Shown piece after piece: positions 1 to 9,946 of a DNA stretch of 64,000 nt; positions within the stretch are counted from its first letter, which is position 1, and every line of letters starts with the position of its first letter. The notes under the pieces are model-generated. The model did no database searches and was not told the origin of the DNA. It saw nothing but the letters and a program-made list of their open reading frames with translations. Location of the stretch: assembly GCA_963754925.1 (NCBI GenBank), contig CAVWHX010000011.1:32001-96000 (forward strand), in the 5' to 3' direction. The stretch is from an uncultured delta proteobacterium (GTDB taxonomy: Bacteria; Myxococcota; B64-G9). The position numbers and the translations under genes are program-made.

Positions 1-1614
1 CGATTTACGAATAGTAGCCGGGCCGCCCAAAGAAAAAGGCGATTGCGTCGCCGCTTGGCTCGTATCGAAGCCCACCGGATCACCCAGGTTGGCGTGGCAT
101 CCATCGCAGCTGCGGCTGCCGCAGGGCGGCCCGCCCCGCCATACCGGATCGGTCGCCATTGCCGCGCCATAGGCATCAAGCAGTTGGATCCGCAAAGGTA
201 CGGAAGCCGGCGCCGAAAACCGAAACGAACCGTCTGAAAGAACCGGGGCCTCGAAAGCTTCGGATGTTCCGTTGCCATCGTTATCGCCGCCGCAAATCGC
301 TCCCACTTCACCGCCGAAGAGATCCATCGCCCAGGGGGCAAGCGCTCCCGAAAGTCCTTCCAGCACCCGCAGTCGCACGGCGCCGTCGGCAAGCTGTTGC
401 GTCTCGATTATTCCCTCAAACACCACGGTATCTTGCTGACAGCCGATTTCAGGTCTCTGCGGCAATACAACATTTGGATCGAGCAGGGAGCGAGGCATGA
501 GCGGGCGCGGCGACACATCGGACAGCTTCAGGATATTCTCGAGCAGCGATCGTTCGGAAGTGCGCGGATCGAGACTAGCCAACGCGAAGTCCGGCACCAG
601 ATCACGCAATTCATCACTGGCGTCCAGGCAGCCTCCCTGGGTGTGCGCGTATGAGATAAGGAAACTGCCGTCAGCCAGCGGCACCTCATCCTGCAACCGA
701 CCCGCCGGCGAACAACCGTTCGACAGAGGAATGTCCGCAACCATGCTCTGCCATTGCTCATCATCCTGACCTTGACAGAGCGTGCCCGCCCCCCACGTGC
801 TGTTTGACGGCACACAGACGGCGAACTGCCGCCCCTGTTGATCCTCGTTAACCGCCAACGGAATGCCATCCTCATTGGCGGGCGGTCCTGCGACACGCTC
901 CGTCTGCGCGCCAGTCGGATCAACCAGCATCGGCAAGAAAACCGTCTGACCTTGGATCAACGCGAAGCGTACCACGCGCACCCATCCCGAACGCAGGCCG
1001 CTTGCTCCCAGGGCATGTCCGGTGCCGTAATCGATCCGCTCGATCGCTGAACCATCGGCGTCCACCGCCATCAGTATTCGCGCCCGATCCCTTCCGAGGA
1101 AATCCACTGGGCCGTCAGGATCGGTGCGGAGAAAAGCCGTCCGTCCGTCCTGCAGATAGAATGGCTGGGTATCGTTGGCCGGGCCGAACGTCAATTGTTG
1201 GCACGCCGGACCGATATCGCCCGATGATGAAAAGCATGATTGCGACGTGGTCGCTTTTTCTAGATCAATCTCCACCAGATGAAAGCTATCCCCCTGATCG
1301 GTCCGGAGAGCGGCGATGAGGTTCTTTCCATCCGGCGAGAGATCGATCCCCTGTACATCGCCGGCTGACATCTTGGTTAAATTAGTGAGGGCGCCGCCGG
1401 GGCTGGCCGGCGACAGCAACCAGACGTTGCCGCCCGGACGAAATTCATCCCTAGCGACGAGACTGCCTGAATTGGAGGGCGCGGCCCGGGTAACAAACAC
1501 TACGACCGAAAAACCGGTCTGGGCACCGAGCCCGGGGGTAAGGCCCTCGTTGCAACCCAGCGGCATAATACCCACGGCCACGACGAAAACGACAAGTGAT
1601 CGCATGCAAGTCAT
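1..1614 (-). CDS. Lipoprotein with TolB-like propeller and hydrazine synthase alpha (HZS-alpha)-like domain, runs off window start
   Basis: Manual translation from ATG at 1614: MTCMRSLVVFVVAVGIMPLGC (lipobox), DLSPDGK repeat, later DGSFAARVPANTPLRLQLLD and a CDGCH motif. Not in the ORF track, probably because it is open at the edge. Confidence 0.65.
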   Translation of the reverse strand, partial: MTCMRSLVVFVVAVGIMPLGCNEGLTPGLGAQTGFSVVVFVTRAAPSNSGSLVARDEFRPGGNVWLLSPASPGGALTNLTKMSAGDVQGIDLSPDGKNLIAALRTDQGDSFHLVEIDLEKATTSQSCFSSSGDIGPACQQLTFGPANDTQPFYLQDGRTAFLRTDPDGPVDFLGRDRARILMAVDADGSAIERIDYGTGHALGASGLRSGWVRVVRFALIQGQTVFLPMLVDPTGAQTERVAGPPANEDGIPLAVNEDQQGRQFAVCVPSNSTWGAGTLCQGQDDEQWQSMVADIPLSNGCSPAGRLQDEVPLADGSFLISYAHTQGGCLDASDELRDLVPDFALASLDPRTSERSLLENILKLSDVSPRPLMPRSLLDPNVVLPQRPEIGCQQDTVVFEGIIETQQLADGAVRLRVLEGLSGALAPWAMDLFGGEVGAICGGDNDGNGTSEAFEAPVLSDGSFRFSAPASVPLRIQLLDAYGAAMATDPVWRGGPPCGSRSCDGCHANLGDPVGFDTSQAATQSPFSLGGPATIRKS

Positions 1615-1673
1615 ATACCCATTCAGTCAACGGTAGGCGCTGGGTCCGAACAACGTTATATATCAGTCTAACA

Positions 1674-1736
1674 GTCATTCCCGCGCAGGCGGGAATCTAA
1701 AAGCGAATGCTGGATCCCCGCCTTCGCGGGGATGAC
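1674..1736. repeat. REP-like palindrome (GTCATTCCCGCG-CAGGCGGGAATC ... GGATCCCCGCCTTCGCGGGGATGAC)
   Basis: Intergenic double hairpin with terminal inverted repeats GTCATTCCCGCG / CGCGGGGATGAC. Confidence 0.8.
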
Positions 1737-1779
1737 AAAAAAGTAAAAAACTTTGCAGTCACCTTAGATATTCTCATCT

Positions 1780-3471
1780 TCACTCCGGGGTTCTAACAGC
1801 TTCGGTCGGCACATAGCGCTCCTCGATTACAGGAACGATGATTTTTTCGGCCTTGATGTACCGAGCAACAATGTCCCGGATCAGGACGTGGGTGTTGTGT
1901 ACTTGAGTTTCCGCGGGCGGGTTCAGGTACCCGTCTCCGCCCGCCACCACAAAATCGTTGGTCGCTACCAAATAGCTGCGGCTTTGTTCCATTTCCTTGC
2001 CGTCGTCGAACGACACTCCTACCACCCGCTCTCCCGGGGGCATTGATGGGTCAAACCGCACATGCACCCCTGAAAGTTCCATAATACCATAAACGTTGCT
2101 CAGTCCGTGCTCCAAAATCTTCCGAACCTGCGAACCGGTTAACGTCAGTGTTACCAAGGTATTATCAAAAGGCAACACCTCGTACAGCTTTCCCGCATCG
2201 ATAGTTCCCTTGGGAATTGGTGCGCGCAGCCCTCCCCCGTTATACAGGGCTACGTCGATGTCCCCCGTATACGCACGCATCGCATCGGTCACCAGGCGGC
2301 CGACCGGAGAATCCAACCGGCTCCTATGCTCGATCCGGTCCGCTGCCCGACCCAGATACACATGTTCTTGCTTCGCAACTGAAGCGCGAAGCGCTTGAAG
2401 CTTTTTCGCCAGGCGCCGGTCGGGTCGAACCTCCGATCCCAGAAAGATCGTGTATGCGCCCGAGCGGCTTTTCCGAATGAAGGGATAATAACTCATGAGC
2501 TGTGTTTGTTCGGAGTGAACCGTGCCGCTCAGGCTGTCAATCACGAGGGAAGCTTCCGCAAAACCAACGCCATAGGGCGCCGATTGAATTACCGGTATAC
2601 CGTTGATCGTTCCGGAGAGCGCCTTATGGGAGTGCCCGGACACGATAAGGTCAATCTCGCCAGGCCGCAAACGCCGAGCCAGCTCGGCAACCGGCCCGCT
2701 CAATTCAGATGAACCAGGTTTTTCAAAAAGCCCTTCATGTATCAGAACAATAACGACCCGCGCTCCTTGGGATCGAACCTCCGGCAGGAGTCGGCGCAGC
2801 GTTTCCTCCAGTGGCGCGAAATCGAGCGCGCGTACGTTGATCGGGTTGGTGATGAGCGCGGTTGTTTCGGACGTCAGGCCGATAACCGCAATGGCAATTC
2901 CTTTACGTTTGATGATGGTATACGGCTTTAGGTTACCCCACGGCGGCGGCTTTCCGGTTTGGCGCTCGATAATATTGGCCCCCAGAACGGGAAAATGTGC
3001 CTGTTGTATACGCGCCTTTAGAGCTCCCAGCGGATCATCCTCAGGGTTCACCGGCGTACTGTTGGGGCCAACCGGTCCGAAATCGAACTCGTGGTTGCCC
3101 ACAACCATCGCGTCGTACCCAACATCGTTATAGAAATCGATCGCGGCCTGCCCTTCGGACGCGGCCGAGATTAAACTTCCCTGGTACACGTCGCCAGCGT
3201 CGAGCAGAACCACGCCATCAACATGGACCTTTCGTAGAATTTCAAAATATGAGGCGATGACATCGATTCCCCCGACAGCGACCCCTTCCACCAATCGCGG
3301 TTCCAAGGCGCCATGAAAGTCAGCCGTGCTAATGATGTGCAGCGTGACGGGGGCGGCCTGGTCCGCCTGTGGGCCGGCCAGCGCTACCGAGATGATGAGG
3401 AACAGGAAGCTCCCCGCTACACCTATGGCGGTCTTTCTCACCTTCCCCCTCACAGCAAGAAACGAACTCAT
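1780..3471 (-). CDS. 5'-nucleotidase / UDP-sugar hydrolase family protein
   Basis: DFHG, DAGD, GNHEFD, GHSH metallophosphoesterase motifs plus NGGGLRA and LPFDN. Start placed at ATG overlapping the ilvE stop. Confidence 0.9.
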   Translation of the reverse strand: MSSFLAVRGKVRKTAIGVAGSFLFLIISVALAGPQADQAAPVTLHIISTADFHGALEPRLVEGVAVGGIDVIASYFEILRKVHVDGVVLLDAGDVYQGSLISAASEGQAAIDFYNDVGYDAMVVGNHEFDFGPVGPNSTPVNPEDDPLGALKARIQQAHFPVLGANIIERQTGKPPPWGNLKPYTIIKRKGIAIAVIGLTSETTALITNPINVRALDFAPLEETLRRLLPEVRSQGARVVIVLIHEGLFEKPGSSELSGPVAELARRLRPGEIDLIVSGHSHKALSGTINGIPVIQSAPYGVGFAEASLVIDSLSGTVHSEQTQLMSYYPFIRKSRSGAYTIFLGSEVRPDRRLAKKLQALRASVAKQEHVYLGRAADRIEHRSRLDSPVGRLVTDAMRAYTGDIDVALYNGGGLRAPIPKGTIDAGKLYEVLPFDNTLVTLTLTGSQVRKILEHGLSNVYGIMELSGVHVRFDPSMPPGERVVGVSFDDGKEMEQSRSYLVATNDFVVAGGDGYLNPPAETQVHNTHVLIRDIVARYIKAEKIIVPVIEERYVPTEAVRTPE

Positions 3472-4547
3472 TGATCGATACGCTCGACCCACCCAAAGGG
3501 ATCGGGCTCGTTGCCATACTGCAGCGCGAGAATGAAATCGTACAGCTTGTGGGCGAGCGGTCCGATGGCACCGTCGGCAACTTGGTAATCGACGCCCCGA
3601 TAATGAATGCACTTGACCGGAGAAATTATCGCGGCGGTACCGCTGCCAAATACTTCTCGCAGCATGCCGGATTTCTGGGCTTCTATCACTTCATCGATGG
3701 TGAATCGACGTTCGCTGACCTTCATTCCCCAATGGTTGAGAATGTGAATAATCGAATCGCGGGTGAGGCCGTGCAGGACGCTGCCGTCCAACGGGCTGGT
3801 GACAACCTCGTCGCCAAATTTGAAAAAAATATTCATGGTGCCGACTTCCTCGACGTACCTGCGTTCACCGGCGTCAAGCCACAGCACCTGGGTGTACCCT
3901 TTCTTTTTTGCCTCGACCTGACCGAGCAGCGAGGCGGCGTAGTTGCCGCCGGTTTTGGCTTCACCCACGCCGCCTCGGGCGGCGCGCACATACTCGTCGG
4001 AAACATAAATCGACACCGGATTGAAGCCTTCCGGGTAATAGGCGCCGGCCGGACCGACAATAATGTAAAAAAGGTACTTTTCGGATGGCCGTACCCCGAG
4101 AAGGGGATCGATCCCGATCATCGTGGGACGAATATAGAGAGAGCAGCCCGGGCTTTTGGGGATCCAATCGCGATCGAGGAGAACAAGCTGCTTGAGGGCT
4201 TTCGAGACGAAGTCGATATCAATCTCCGGCATAACCATTCTGACGCACGAGCGATTCATGCGTTTGAAATTGTCCTTGTGCCGGAACAGATAGATGCCGT
4301 CATCGTTACCGCGGTATGCCTTGAGACCTTCGAATACTTCCTGGCTGTAGTGAAGCACGATCGCAGCCGGATCGAGCGACAACGCATGATACGGTTCGAT
4401 ACGCGGATGGTGCCATCCTTGGTCCGGAGCGTATTCCATTAAGAACATATGATCGCTAAACGCACGTCCGAAGCCTATTTTGGAAACATCGGCCGGGATG
4501 GGCTTTTTTTGGGATGGGCCCGCCTTTCTTATCTCAATGTTCATCAA
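3468..4547 (-). CDS. ilvE: Branched-chain amino acid aminotransferase
   Basis: FEGLKAY, LYIRP, KTGGNY, EEVGTMN, GTAA motifs. Confidence 0.95.
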   Translation of the reverse strand: MMNIEIRKAGPSQKKPIPADVSKIGFGRAFSDHMFLMEYAPDQGWHHPRIEPYHALSLDPAAIVLHYSQEVFEGLKAYRGNDDGIYLFRHKDNFKRMNRSCVRMVMPEIDIDFVSKALKQLVLLDRDWIPKSPGCSLYIRPTMIGIDPLLGVRPSEKYLFYIIVGPAGAYYPEGFNPVSIYVSDEYVRAARGGVGEAKTGGNYAASLLGQVEAKKKGYTQVLWLDAGERRYVEEVGTMNIFFKFGDEVVTSPLDGSVLHGLTRDSIIHILNHWGMKVSERRFTIDEVIEAQKSGMLREVFGSGTAAIISPVKCIHYRGVDYQVADGAIGPLAHKLYDFILALQYGNEPDPFGWVERIDQ

Positions 4548-4667
4548 CCATTCTCCTTATCCGAATAACCGACCAAACGAGTCGATAGAATTAATATGCC
4601 TTAGCTACGACCGATTAAACAATTTTTTTCTTTTTGCGTTTCCGGCATCACCCGCCAATTTAACCAC

Positions 4668-4716
4668 TTGACAGACAACGGCATTCAGAATAACACATTT
4701 TTCGATTTTGTAATAA
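4668..4716 (+). promoter_or_regulatory. Sigma70-like promoter with a candidate metal-regulator (NikR-like) operator
   Basis: TTGACA at 4668; imperfect inverted repeat ATAACAC-N13-GTAATAA at 4690-4716 upstream of a metal-uptake-like operon. Confidence 0.45.
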
Positions 4717-4736
4717 CCAACCTGGTGAGGTTTGAT

Positions 4737-5420
4737 ATGTGGCGAATGACGATCGTATTCTGGTTGGCGTTAGGCTCGTTTCCCGCCCTGGCCCACGATT
4801 TATGGATCGAGAAGGACGGCTCGGCATACGTACTTCGCTATGGCCACCGCGGCGGCGCGGCATTACCGATCGATGCCGCCAAGCTCGAGCAGATCCTATG
4901 CATCGACGCTCATGGTCAAAAAACGGACCTACGCTCACAAGCGGTTATTGACCAAAACACCGTCCGGTTTCAAGGAGCGTGTAATTGTGTGTCTGTTTTT
5001 TATCACTTCGGATTCTATTCGTTTACCCCGGATGGCGAGAAAAACGTGCCAAAAAATAAGGTCAAAGATGCCGTCAAATCCTGGGAATCGAGGGATTTCG
5101 TAAAGTTCTTGGACACGGGCACGTGCGAAACAGCGTTTGGCGACGAATTGGAGATAGTCCTCGGCTCGGATATTCACTCGGTCCGCGTTGGCGACAAAAT
5201 CACGGTTCGGGTTCTCTACCGGGGAGCGCCCGCGGCAGCAGCGACCATCGCGTACCACGATCATACCCTCGGCGTCACCAATTCCCAGGGCGAAGCTCGG
5301 GTCCGGCTAAGGCAGGGAGGAATGCAGTTTATTCGAGCAAGCATGAAGCAACCCCTCAACTCGCCCGAGGCCGATAGCGTGGTGCTCTCCGCGGGGCTTC
5401 TGTTTGAGGTCGGCCAATGA
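4737..5420 (+). CDS. DUF4198 family exported protein (Ni/Co uptake associated)
   Basis: Signal peptide followed by AHDLW, YGH, LEIV, TNSQGEA. Confidence 0.8.
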   Translation: MWRMTIVFWLALGSFPALAHDLWIEKDGSAYVLRYGHRGGAALPIDAAKLEQILCIDAHGQKTDLRSQAVIDQNTVRFQGACNCVSVFYHFGFYSFTPDGEKNVPKNKVKDAVKSWESRDFVKFLDTGTCETAFGDELEIVLGSDIHSVRVGDKITVRVLYRGAPAAAATIAYHDHTLGVTNSQGEARVRLRQGGMQFIRASMKQPLNSPEADSVVLSAGLLFEVGQ

Positions 5421-5569
5421 GTTGGGTCGAGGTCGGTCACGCGACCACCATCGCCGCAGGTTGCCGTTCAAACGTACTCACCTGGCTTAAACCGGTCATC
5501 GGCCTCTTGTTGATCGCCGTCATTTTCTCCGGCCTCTATCGGGTCGCCATGAAACGAAAGAAGAAATGA
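5417..5569 (+). CDS. Small 50-aa membrane protein
   Basis: MSWVEVGHATTIAAGCRSNVLTWLKPVIGLLLIAVIFSGLYRVAMKRKKK; ATGA overlaps with both neighbours. Confidence 0.65.
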   Translation: MSWVEVGHATTIAAGCRSNVLTWLKPVIGLLLIAVIFSGLYRVAMKRKKK

Positions 5570-6567
5570 AAAATCTGCCTTCAATGTTGGTTGTGATCAT
5601 GGTTGCCTCCCCGATCATCGCGCGCGCGTATTACCCAACAACCGCAGTAGGGTTCGCGGGTTTGGAAGGGCCAGGCGCCGGACTTGAGACGACCTCACCC
5701 ATGACGCTTCCCGTCAAGAACCTTTACCTGATGCTTAAGGACGAGCATGTGCCCTTCCAGAACTTCCAACTTGCCGAACCCGAAAATATACGTACCTTTG
5801 ACTTCTATACGCTCGCCGTGGGTTACGGCATCACTCCGTATCTCTCCGCGTATATATTCCTGCCCTACAGCGTCAAGATTCAGGAATCCCATGGAACCGC
5901 TTCTGGATTTGGCGATATGAACCTGATGCTGACCTTGGGTTTCAAATATGACGAACGCTTCCTCCTTATCCCCGAAAACGAGACCCTCGACGACTTGATG
6001 GATTGGCATTTCTCGGTAAGCCTATCGTCGACCATTCCGACGGGCAGTACAGCGTGCAAAGACAAAAACAGCGAGTACTTCGAGCCGGAAATGCAGACCG
6101 GGTTCGGATCCATGAGCCCAGCAATCTATCTTGCGGTTATGAAACAGCTCAACGATGACTTCACCTGGTTGGCGGATGTTTCATTCCAGTACTTCCTTGA
6201 ACATACATACCCCTCATCGATCCAGTATCAGTTCGGCGCCGAAACCAGAGTCGATACCTCCCTCCCCTATCGGATTTTGAGTAAAGGCAGTTGGAGGATA
6301 GACCTCATTGTGGAGGCTAACCTTCTCAACATCCAACGAGATACGTCCTCCGAGGAGACGGGTTCCCTGAAGAGCGTGTCCGCTTCGGGAGGCACCATCA
6401 TTTATGGGACCGCCGGTATTCGCGTGTTCTACGACCGTTTTACGGTTGCTATTTGGATAAAAAAGGCGTTGTTTTCCGGTCTCAACGACAAGAAAGAACA
6501 GCAAGGTACCGAAGGGTTGGAGGACTACCGACTGTTTGCGGTTATAGGATATTCTTTCGGCTTGTGA
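5566..6567 (+). CDS. Outer-membrane beta-barrel transporter family protein
   Basis: Signal peptide, GFGDM, PTG and QTGFGS motifs, alternating beta strands, C-terminal YSF. Confidence 0.7.
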   Translation: MKNLPSMLVVIMVASPIIARAYYPTTAVGFAGLEGPGAGLETTSPMTLPVKNLYLMLKDEHVPFQNFQLAEPENIRTFDFYTLAVGYGITPYLSAYIFLPYSVKIQESHGTASGFGDMNLMLTLGFKYDERFLLIPENETLDDLMDWHFSVSLSSTIPTGSTACKDKNSEYFEPEMQTGFGSMSPAIYLAVMKQLNDDFTWLADVSFQYFLEHTYPSSIQYQFGAETRVDTSLPYRILSKGSWRIDLIVEANLLNIQRDTSSEETGSLKSVSASGGTIIYGTAGIRVFYDRFTVAIWIKKALFSGLNDKKEQQGTEGLEDYRLFAVIGYSFGL

Positions 6568-6615
6568 GGCTCGTATGCACATTCCTGCCCGACTGTTTTC
6601 AGACAACGCTAGGTC

Positions 6616-7455
6616 TCAGGAGACCCATCTGTCTTGAAGTATTTCCCCTTTGAGCCCGACGACGATGCACCGAATCGGCACCTTCCGGATTGATTGCGCG
6701 ACTGCTTGTTGAGCCAATCCCAACAACCCGCGGCAACAGGGCACCTGCATGATCATCACCGTCAAGGTATTGATCTTAGCTACTTCCACCAACGCCTTGA
6801 GCTTCTCAAGGTAACCCTCTTGCCCTTCGTCCAGCTTAGGGCAGGCAATGCCCAATGCTCTACCCTTCAAGTAATCCTTGTGAAAATCCCCCAAGGCAAA
6901 TGCCACACAGTCGGCCGCGAGTAAGACGTCCGCACCCTGGAAATGAGGCGCCGCAGGCGAAAGCAGGTGCATTTGGATGGGCCAGCGCGTGAGTTGCGAG
7001 GGCCGCTTACCAATCAAAGATTGAGCCGCGGTGTTTTCCCGGGCAAATGCCATGGAGCGGGAACCGGGACAGCCGGAAGCGACGGTTCGCACCGCGGGAT
7101 CTTCTGATGGCACCGGCAGACCCTGCTCGCGCAAGTAGGCAACCGCCTGATCATAATATTCATTTTGGCCATGCTCCCTCAGGTGATCGAGGTGGGCCCG
7201 AATGGTGTTGATACCTTTGGGCGCAAGCAACGCCATGACCTTGCGCTCATCATAGGGCTCGGCCTCGCGCTCCTCGATGGTGATAGCTTCTTGCGGGCAC
7301 TCGCCTACGCAGGCGCCCAACCCATCGCAGAGCAGATCGCTTACCAGTCGAGCCTTGCCGTCGATCACCTGCAGGGCTCCTTCAGGACAGCCGGGAATGC
7401 AACCCCCGCAGCCGTCGCATTTTTCTTCGTCTATAGTGATAATCTCGCGCTTCAT
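6616..7455 (-). CDS. 4Fe-4S ferredoxin-domain protein
   Basis: CDGCGGCIPGCP and CDGLGACVGECP; conserved WPIQ, AADC, CPKLD, PCC. Confidence 0.9.
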   Translation of the reverse strand: MKREIITIDEEKCDGCGGCIPGCPEGALQVIDGKARLVSDLLCDGLGACVGECPQEAITIEEREAEPYDERKVMALLAPKGINTIRAHLDHLREHGQNEYYDQAVAYLREQGLPVPSEDPAVRTVASGCPGSRSMAFARENTAAQSLIGKRPSQLTRWPIQMHLLSPAAPHFQGADVLLAADCVAFALGDFHKDYLKGRALGIACPKLDEGQEGYLEKLKALVEVAKINTLTVMIMQVPCCRGLLGLAQQAVAQSIRKVPIRCIVVGLKGEILQDRWVS

Positions 7456-7650
7456 CAAAAACCTCCTCAACCCGGTAAAACGAAAATGTTGGTCCGTTGT
7501 TGCAGAAACGCAAGAGCAATTCTATCTTAACCAATGTTGAAACACGGCGATCACGTCGTGACGAACCATACCGAGAAAACAGCAAAACCGTCGCACGTCA
7601 GGCTCGTTCGTCTTGACAGCTTCGCCTGAGAATCATATTTTCTTGTGCCC

Positions 7651-8333
7651 ATGAACGAACGCAAAGCGCTCGAACCGTTTCCTTGTCCGAACGTATCGCC
7701 CGGATCGAAGGCAACGCTTTGCTTCGCACCCGTACCTTGGTGGTAGTGCTCGACGGCGTCCACGATCCCCACAACCAAAGCGCCGTGGTGCGTTCGTGCG
7801 ATGGGTTCGGGTTGCTCGAGCTTCATGTGATCGAGAGCCACCAGCGCTTCCGCTGTAACAAAAAAGTTTCCCAAGGAGCTGAAAAATGGCTTGAGATCAC
7901 CCGCCACCACGAGAGCGCATCCTGCGCCGCCGCCCTCACCGGTCGCGGTTTCGAGCTATGGGTCGCCGATCCCAAACCGCCCTCGGTGACGGTCGACCAG
8001 CTCCCCTGGGAACGGCCGCTCGCGCTGGTTTTCGGCAACGAGCATGAGGGGCCATCGGACGCCATGCGCGCCCGTGCAACCGGCTGCTTTCATATTCCGA
8101 TGTTCGGCTTTGTGGAAAGCTTCAACGTCTCGGTGGCGGTAGGAATTGCTTTGGCTGTTGGCGTGCGCGAGCGGGTACGTCGGTGTGAGCGCCACGGAGA
8201 TCTCGCCGACGCGGAACGGCAACAGCTCATTGCAACCTGGGTGCGGCGCTCCGTCCGCCATGCGGACAAGATCCTTTCTCAACTCACGAAGCCTAGCTCC
8301 AAGAAGCACGTACCTCCGGTCGACTCCGCTTAG
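7651..8333 (+). CDS. TrmH/SpoU family RNA methyltransferase (possible frameshift near 7680)
   Basis: DPHN-SAVVRS, FGNEHEG, IPMFGFVESFNVSVA. Confidence 0.9.
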
Positions 8334-8719
8334 GCTTCACCCACCTGCTCGACCGTCCACTGCTCGTTAACCCACAGCCCGAGGATACGGACCTGCAGGC
8401 CCCATGAATGCACGGTGGCCACCGCCTGACGGACCTGCTCGAGGTGCTTTTCCTTGGCAACGGGATTGCCGGCGCAGTCGGCGTGTCCGACCACCGCGAC
8501 GACCCGGGAGCCATGGGCATTGGTAGATATGAGCACCTTGGCGCGGACACCGTCTCGTTGCTCTCGCGAACCTTCGGCCATCAGCCGGTCGACCCCGGGC
8601 TCGGTGATGGTATCAACAAAATTAAGGCCCAAGCGCTCCTTGAGCCACTTCGCCACCGGTTCCTGAACGCGTCCGTCCATGCAGGTTATCACCGTACCAA
8701 ACGTGCCTTCTTTTGACAT
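8330..8719 (-). CDS. Putative beta-class-like carbonic anhydrase
   Basis: CMDGR and HADC zinc-ligand motifs. Confidence 0.8.
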   Translation of the reverse strand: MSKEGTFGTVITCMDGRVQEPVAKWLKERLGLNFVDTITEPGVDRLMAEGSREQRDGVRAKVLISTNAHGSRVVAVVGHADCAGNPVAKEKHLEQVRQAVATVHSWGLQVRILGLWVNEQWTVEQVGEA

Positions 8720-8873
8720 GCGCCGCTCCTTTGCTGATCGACGATCGAGGGTACTGCTTGTAAAGAATAATGCGCGCGCTGTCAAGAAGTCCTCTTTTTC
8801 CGATTGCAACAAATCTGATTTCTGCTATCCTACGCTGCGTTTTAGCAACGGTACCGTCAGGCAGGGTGTCATA

Positions 8874-9815
8874 GTGAAAGACGACGAGGACGAACTCCTT
8901 TCGTGGCCGGAAGACGACTATCACGAACACGATACCACGCTCATCAAGGGCGTTGAAAACATCGCCACGGCCCAAAGCAACCGCCAGGCCTACTTCATGG
9001 TCATTTCGGGTCCGGCGGTGGGAAGGATGTTCCTTGTCTCTGGCGAGGCTATGACCATTGGCCGTTCAAAGGATTGCGATATTTCGCTCGACGATGAGGG
9101 CATCTCCCGTAAACATGCCCAAATCGATCATGACGAATACCGCAACTTTGTCATCACCGACCTCAACAGTACCAATGGCACCTACTTCAACGGCGTGCAT
9201 GTCACCCGACACCATTTGCAGGACGGCGATAAAATCCAACTCGGTTCTACGACCATACTGAAGTTCAGCTTCCAAGACTCACTCGATGCAAATTTCCAGG
9301 AACAACAATACCACCAAGCCACCCGCGACGGACTAACTCAAATCTATAATAAGAAATTTTTCATGGAACATTTTATCCATCAGTTCAGCTTCGCCCTGCG
9401 TCACAACGAGATCACCAGCCTGATAATGTTCGATGTCGACAAGTTCAAGGCGATCAACGACACCTACGGCCATCCCGCCGGGGATATGGTCCTCCGCAAA
9501 CTGGCTCAGATTGTAAGCAATCAGATGAGAACCGAAGATCTTTTTGCCCGTTTTGGAGGAGAAGAATTTGTTATCGTCCTCAGAGATCTCGATGCGCAGC
9601 GGGCACATGTTTTAGCCGAACGCATACGCCGGATGATCGAAGTCACCAATTTCAACTGGGGGGACACCTCGATATCAGTTACCATCTCGCTCGGGGTTGC
9701 CACGTTGTCATCTGCAAACTTCAGGTCCGCCTCAGAGATGATAGAAGCGGCCGACGACTTTCTTTACAAAGCCAAACGCGAAGGCCGCAACCGCGTCGCC
9801 AGTGTTGTCCGGTAA
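8874..9815 (+). CDS. FHA-domain diguanylate cyclase
   Basis: IGRS, SRKH, STNGT (FHA) and RFGGEEF (GGDEF). Confidence 0.92.
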   Translation: MKDDEDELLSWPEDDYHEHDTTLIKGVENIATAQSNRQAYFMVISGPAVGRMFLVSGEAMTIGRSKDCDISLDDEGISRKHAQIDHDEYRNFVITDLNSTNGTYFNGVHVTRHHLQDGDKIQLGSTTILKFSFQDSLDANFQEQQYHQATRDGLTQIYNKKFFMEHFIHQFSFALRHNEITSLIMFDVDKFKAINDTYGHPAGDMVLRKLAQIVSNQMRTEDLFARFGGEEFVIVLRDLDAQRAHVLAERIRRMIEVTNFNWGDTSISVTISLGVATLSSANFRSASEMIEAADDFLYKAKREGRNRVASVVR

Positions 9816-9832
9816 CTGAACCCGTCCTCCAT

Positions 9833-9941
9833 CCTGGGGTTGAAACCCCACAATACTCCCCATCCTGGGTTTGAAACCCCAGGCTATATTCCTTCGCCTG
9901 CTTCGCAGCGGGGGGGTGTAGCCTGGGATTTCAATCCCAGG
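9833..9941. repeat. Cluster of three REP palindromes (CCTGGG-TTTGAA-ACCCCAGG type)
   Basis: Two direct and one inverted copy between convergent genes; GTAG foot at 9918. Confidence 0.8.
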
Positions 9942-9946
9942 TACCG

